From contig CM106585.1 of the NCBI GenBank assembly GCA_048013815.1, positions 3,720,001 through 3,784,000 on the forward strand: a stretch of DNA of 64,000 nucleotides, written 5' to 3'. The notes under the pieces were generated by a model. It saw only the letters and a list, made by a program, of their open reading frames with translations, did no database searches and was not told where the DNA came from. Both the position numbers and the translations under genes were made by a program. The DNA is from Setoptus koraiensis (taxonomy: Eukaryota; Animalia; Arthropoda). Shown piece after piece: positions 60,218 through 64,000 of this stretch (the stretch's first letter is position 1; each line of letters starts with the position of its first letter).

Positions 60218-61229
60218 AATATTTGGTGATAAACGGTAATGTTCAATAATAATGGTGATAATTGATTGTAATAATGTAATTATTCCTAGTTGATATATTA
60301 TGTAATAATGAATGCTCCAGTACTATATAATCCTTTTGAGCTAAAAATTTATTATCATGCTTGAATGAAATGTGCTCGAGTCAATTGATTGAGCTGAGAA
60401 TATAATCATATCTATCATCGCAATCTGATTGATCAATCGATTGATTCTGTAATTTATCAATAGCTTGTAGGGTTGTCTATCTATTATCTAACATATGTAA
60501 ATATTATACTGTATGATTAGCAGGTGTATAATGGTGGCAATCGTCGTCTGACTTCCCAGAGTCTTTTATCGTTTAGTGAATATTAAATAGTGTTGTAGAC
60601 GATTCTGTAACTTGGAATAACAAGGAAATTTTCAAATGATCACATTATATTATTATAATAGTTAGTCTATGATAATAAATTTCTTCAAATCCTTAGACTG
60701 CGTGCAATTTTAACAAACAAATCTCAATGTTTGGCCTAAATTCATGCTGACCATGGCTTGATTCTAAATATAGTTTTTCATAAAACAACTTCTGGATTCC
60801 AGAATTATGTTACAGTTGCCTTTGTGTTTACACAGTTATATTCCACAGTTGTTGTGCTAGCACCACACATATGTGCTTTGTTGTTGGTAAAATGGCTTTT
60901 GAGCCGACCACCATTCACAGCTAAATGCTCCCAGTCTTTTGCTCCTTGACGACGTTAGCACGGCAAATATGTTATCATCATTTTTATTATCTGGGGTTAT
61001 CTGGCCCCCTCACAATGGTGATATAATTTATTATCTCGACTATTATCACTGAACTTGATCCAAACGCATTGGAAAAGGAACAGCAACACATATCCCCGAT
61101 CAGTGCTTTGCACCTTGTGCTCAACTTTTTCAATGGAAACAAGGATATTGTGGGCGCAGATTTTTTGAAAAAAAAAAAAATATATCCTCGATGTGTGATT
61201 TGAGGTACATTCGTGGGCTACCTTCACTG

Positions 61230-62010
61230 TAGTGCAAATATATCCTCACATACGTTTCGGGCAAAAATATGGAACTACTAGCGAGTTCTTAATTTATGAA
61301 AAAATGTCGATTTGGACACACGTTAATTGGGAGAATGGTTCAATCGTAATCGGCGAAGAGAGACAAACCATCACTGTCAGGGATAAGTGCTCATCTCTCA
61401 TCGAAAAGCTACTCCAGGATACTTGAAGATGGAGATAGTGAATATCAAGTTGCTTGTGACGCGTTGGACCTCGTGAGATATAGGCACCTACTTGCACACG
61501 CGAGGCGCCTGCCATTCACAGAAATTGGGCCGTTGCCATCTCAAAAGTGAGATCCGTCGATCACGATCCGCGAGGACCAGATCAAGTTGATTACAAACAA
61601 AGTGTTAATGATTTTTGCATAGCACAAACAGGGTACAAGCTTAAAAACTTTTGTGCGAGTTAGAAAAATACATCGCCCGGCGCTGGGTGTATCCATGACA
61701 GTCGGCGCCCTCCTTTGACACCCAAGAGACATCAAGAAGATTGGAGGGGAGCAGAATGAAAGCACTAGTAGCGGCAGCGTAGTGATTGGTAACATATTGA
61801 TCAAAGAATTGCCCTATAGTAAAATACCTCAACCTCGCCCCGAAGAACAGCATCACCATCAGTAACAGGATCCAGGGATAGAATTAAATTCGGGTTCTGG
61901 AATCACTGCCGTTCCAGATCAGCTTGGTCCCAGCACTGTCGCGGCTAATAATGAAACTAAAGATAATGCCAACAATAGTAAGAAAAGCGAAGCTGACGGT
62001 AATAATTGAT
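61230..62010 (+). pseudogene. Fragmented protein-like relic, possibly a distant paralog of the 331-aa secreted protein
   Basis: Several short protein-like frames broken by stops, including an in-frame TAA within QHHHQ*QDPG. LCELEKYIARRWVYP (61651-61695) resembles CARKVAKKYVFP of the 331-aa protein. Boundaries approximate. Confidence 0.35.
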
Positions 62011-62791
62011 TATTGGGGTTACTTGATTTCGACAGTACTAGCAGAAGTATAACAGGAGCTACAACGATGCAGTAAATCTTTTTGGCTTGTTTGCTTGATG
62101 GCATCGAGATTCGCAAACAGATTTATTTATTTGTATATTCATATTGGTTCAAATTTTTGTTGTTATCACTAATATTACTGGTACATGTACTTGTTGTAGT
62201 TAATGTACATGTAGTTGTGGCGTACAAAATGAAAATACAGCTGCTTTTTAATCTCACTTGTCGAAGCTTTCATGGAGAGACTCTTGTATCTATCTTGTGT
62301 GTTTGTCTTTTTTGTTCTTTATTATTCAATTACACACGCCAGTACTCGCTACAGTGAGTTTTCGAAACATTCTAGCCAATCGTACCTTTCACCTCTGACC
62401 CGCATCCCGGGATGAAATGTGAGGGTTCAATGATAGTGTTATGAGTGCGCAGCAGCTGTTTCTCAGTAAATCTAATCTCTGTTCCAGATTGCGACAAAGC
62501 TTGTCAGTAATATCAGAGAGATTACTCAAAAGTGAAAATCGTCCAAAGAAATGTCTGGATAAGAACTTCGACGTTCTCAAAAGTGCCACACTCAATGGAG
62601 TGTTGCTCACTATATCGACCTTGGCACTCTATGGTAAAAGGTAAGATTGGTCAGGAACAAGATTTAGTGTCCGATGGTCAGATATTTGCGATGATGGATT
62701 ATTGTTATCTATATGACAGTCTAACGACAGTGTCGGAATGATATACACAATGAGCTATATGTTGGATAAACAATACAAAGTGCGAATATAA

Positions 62792-63670
62792 TTATGAAAG
62801 ATGACTACTGATATTACACTTCTTATGGCCCGTTTCTTCGGGTAGAACAATGAATTCAAAATAGTCTCTCTTCAACGATGTTGGTAACTCTATGTTGAAC
62901 ATGTCTGAATTTTCTTTGAGTTGGTTCCTCAATGCAACAAAGCAGCGTTCTCGAAGATTGAGGAATGGCTCAACTAGATAGATGTTTCTTCTGTGACGAC
63001 TGTGTTCATGTTCGTGATTTTTCACAGAACATCTATATATGTTTGTCGATGATATTGCTTGATGATCGTCACTTATTGAGAATTTTGCACTTCCAGTCAT
63101 ATGTGGGCAAGACCGACCATGCTCCAAAGTGCGGCAATGATGGCATCTTAAATTCTCCAAAATCCAAGAGGATTGGTTTGTTTGGCGTACTTGTTGATCC
63201 TGAGATTTGGAGGTGTCCAAAGCGTCTTCTGGTACGGCTAATAATTGAATTGATTGCGGATTGTCTTCGCCAGATCTGAATATCCATAGATGAGAAACGT
63301 AGGTGTTGACATCAACAAAGTCGCCCAATTTCAAAAATCGTGCATACTCTATAAGGCGTCCCTTGAAGTCTACCCAATAAATTACAACTTTATGCGATGT
63401 ACAGTTCACAAATTTAATCTGACATTTGGCCTCGCGTTCGCTTTGAGGTTTCGATTTGTAGACTTTGCGTAAGTTAGCATAAATGGGATCAATAACTTTT
63501 GATTGAGGCGTAAGGCTGGCGGTTTCGGTGTTGTTTTGTGGCAATTTGTTTGTATTATTGTTAGTGTTGTGTGACGGTGAATTGTGATTGTGTCCATGGT
63601 CACTATTGTCACTATTGCTATTACTATTATTGTGCTGAACGTCAGTGTGGTCAATTGAATCTATGGCCAT
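62792..63670 (-). CDS. VHL: von Hippel-Lindau protein homolog, 292 aa, intronless, with internal insertion
   Basis: Beta-domain motifs IKFVNCT..VVIYWVDFKG...Y and NTYVSHLWIFR; BC-box-like PFLNLRERCFVALR near the C-terminus. Confidence 0.9.
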   Translation of the reverse strand: MAIDSIDHTDVQHNNSNSNSDNSDHGHNHNSPSHNTNNNTNKLPQNNTETASLTPQSKVIDPIYANLRKVYKSKPQSEREAKCQIKFVNCTSHKVVIYWVDFKGRLIEYARFLKLGDFVDVNTYVSHLWIFRSGEDNPQSIQLLAVPEDALDTSKSQDQQVRQTNQSSWILENLRCHHCRTLEHGRSCPHMTGSAKFSISDDHQAISSTNIYRCSVKNHEHEHSRHRRNIYLVEPFLNLRERCFVALRNQLKENSDMFNIELPTSLKRDYFEFIVLPEETGHKKCNISSHLS

Positions 63671-64000
63671 TATTATGATGGTAGATTGATACTAATATTT
63701 CTTGTGAGATCATCAACAACGTAATAACCTGTCCCTGATCCTCAATGACTAAATTGAATTGTTTACTAAACTCTCAACGTTGCGATGTTGTCGGTGTGTG
63801 GATGTGTGATCTGGAACGTTGGTGATGTGGATATATTTATAGTGTGAAAAAAAATATGGCCACCAACCGAAAAAGTAGGATGATATAACAAAAATATAAA
63901 TCACGTAAATGGTGATACGATCGTCTATTTGGAACGTGATGGTAATATATAAGTTTCCACAACAATCAGTAGTGCAAGGTAGGTGTATGTAATCGTACAT

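Noticed and set aside
62441-62455. MSAQQ start identical to the 331-aa protein's first five residues
   Set aside because: Not followed by a signal peptide and the codons differ; likely coincidence, so not used as evidence.
63749-64000. Hydrophobic 83-aa minus-strand ORF at the window edge
   Set aside because: Truncated context and no recognisable motif; it could equally be VHL 5'UTR or upstream DNA.
1-64000. tRNA, rRNA, snRNA, conserved miRNAs, transposase or reverse-transcriptase ORFs
   Set aside because: None recognised by eye; an Infernal/tRNAscan and repeat-library search would be needed to exclude them formally.

Overview
Eukaryotic (animal) genomic DNA, not prokaryotic: spliceosomal GT-AG introns, microsatellites and metazoan genes. 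The arthropod-type Pax sequence and very compact flanks suggest an arthropod, possibly a small-genome mite (inference only). The window has three zones. (1) 1-4.6 kb, AT-rich: the 3' part of an intronless papain-family protease, an orphan 331-aa secreted Cys-patterned protein flanked by two decayed paralog fragments, a ~0.58-kb foldback/MITE element and a miRNA-like hairpin. (2) 4.7-54.5 kb, more GC-rich and repeat-dense: a six-exon Pax2/5/8 (shaven-like) gene on the minus strand. All hand-called junctions are phase-compatible, giving ~1557 aa dominated by polyQ/H/N/S tracts, with a 21-kb first intron. Upstream on the same strand is a giant (~2000-2280 aa) low-complexity protein with myozenin/synaptopodin-like motifs. 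(3) 54.5-64 kb, AT-rich and gene-dense: PARL (6 exons), intronless DENND6, decayed ORF relics, and an intronless VHL with a Cys/His-rich insertion. Most ORFs in the supplied track are repeat-derived shadows. No CRISPR array, tRNA or rRNA was seen. I found no proven novel system. The best leads are a birth-and-death family of orphan secreted proteins, a strong orientation-independent ACAGGTGA enrichment with a paired-domain site and AP-1-like palindromes in the Pax regulatory domain, minisatellites built from palindromic units, and the VHL insertion. All coordinates and counts were made by hand.
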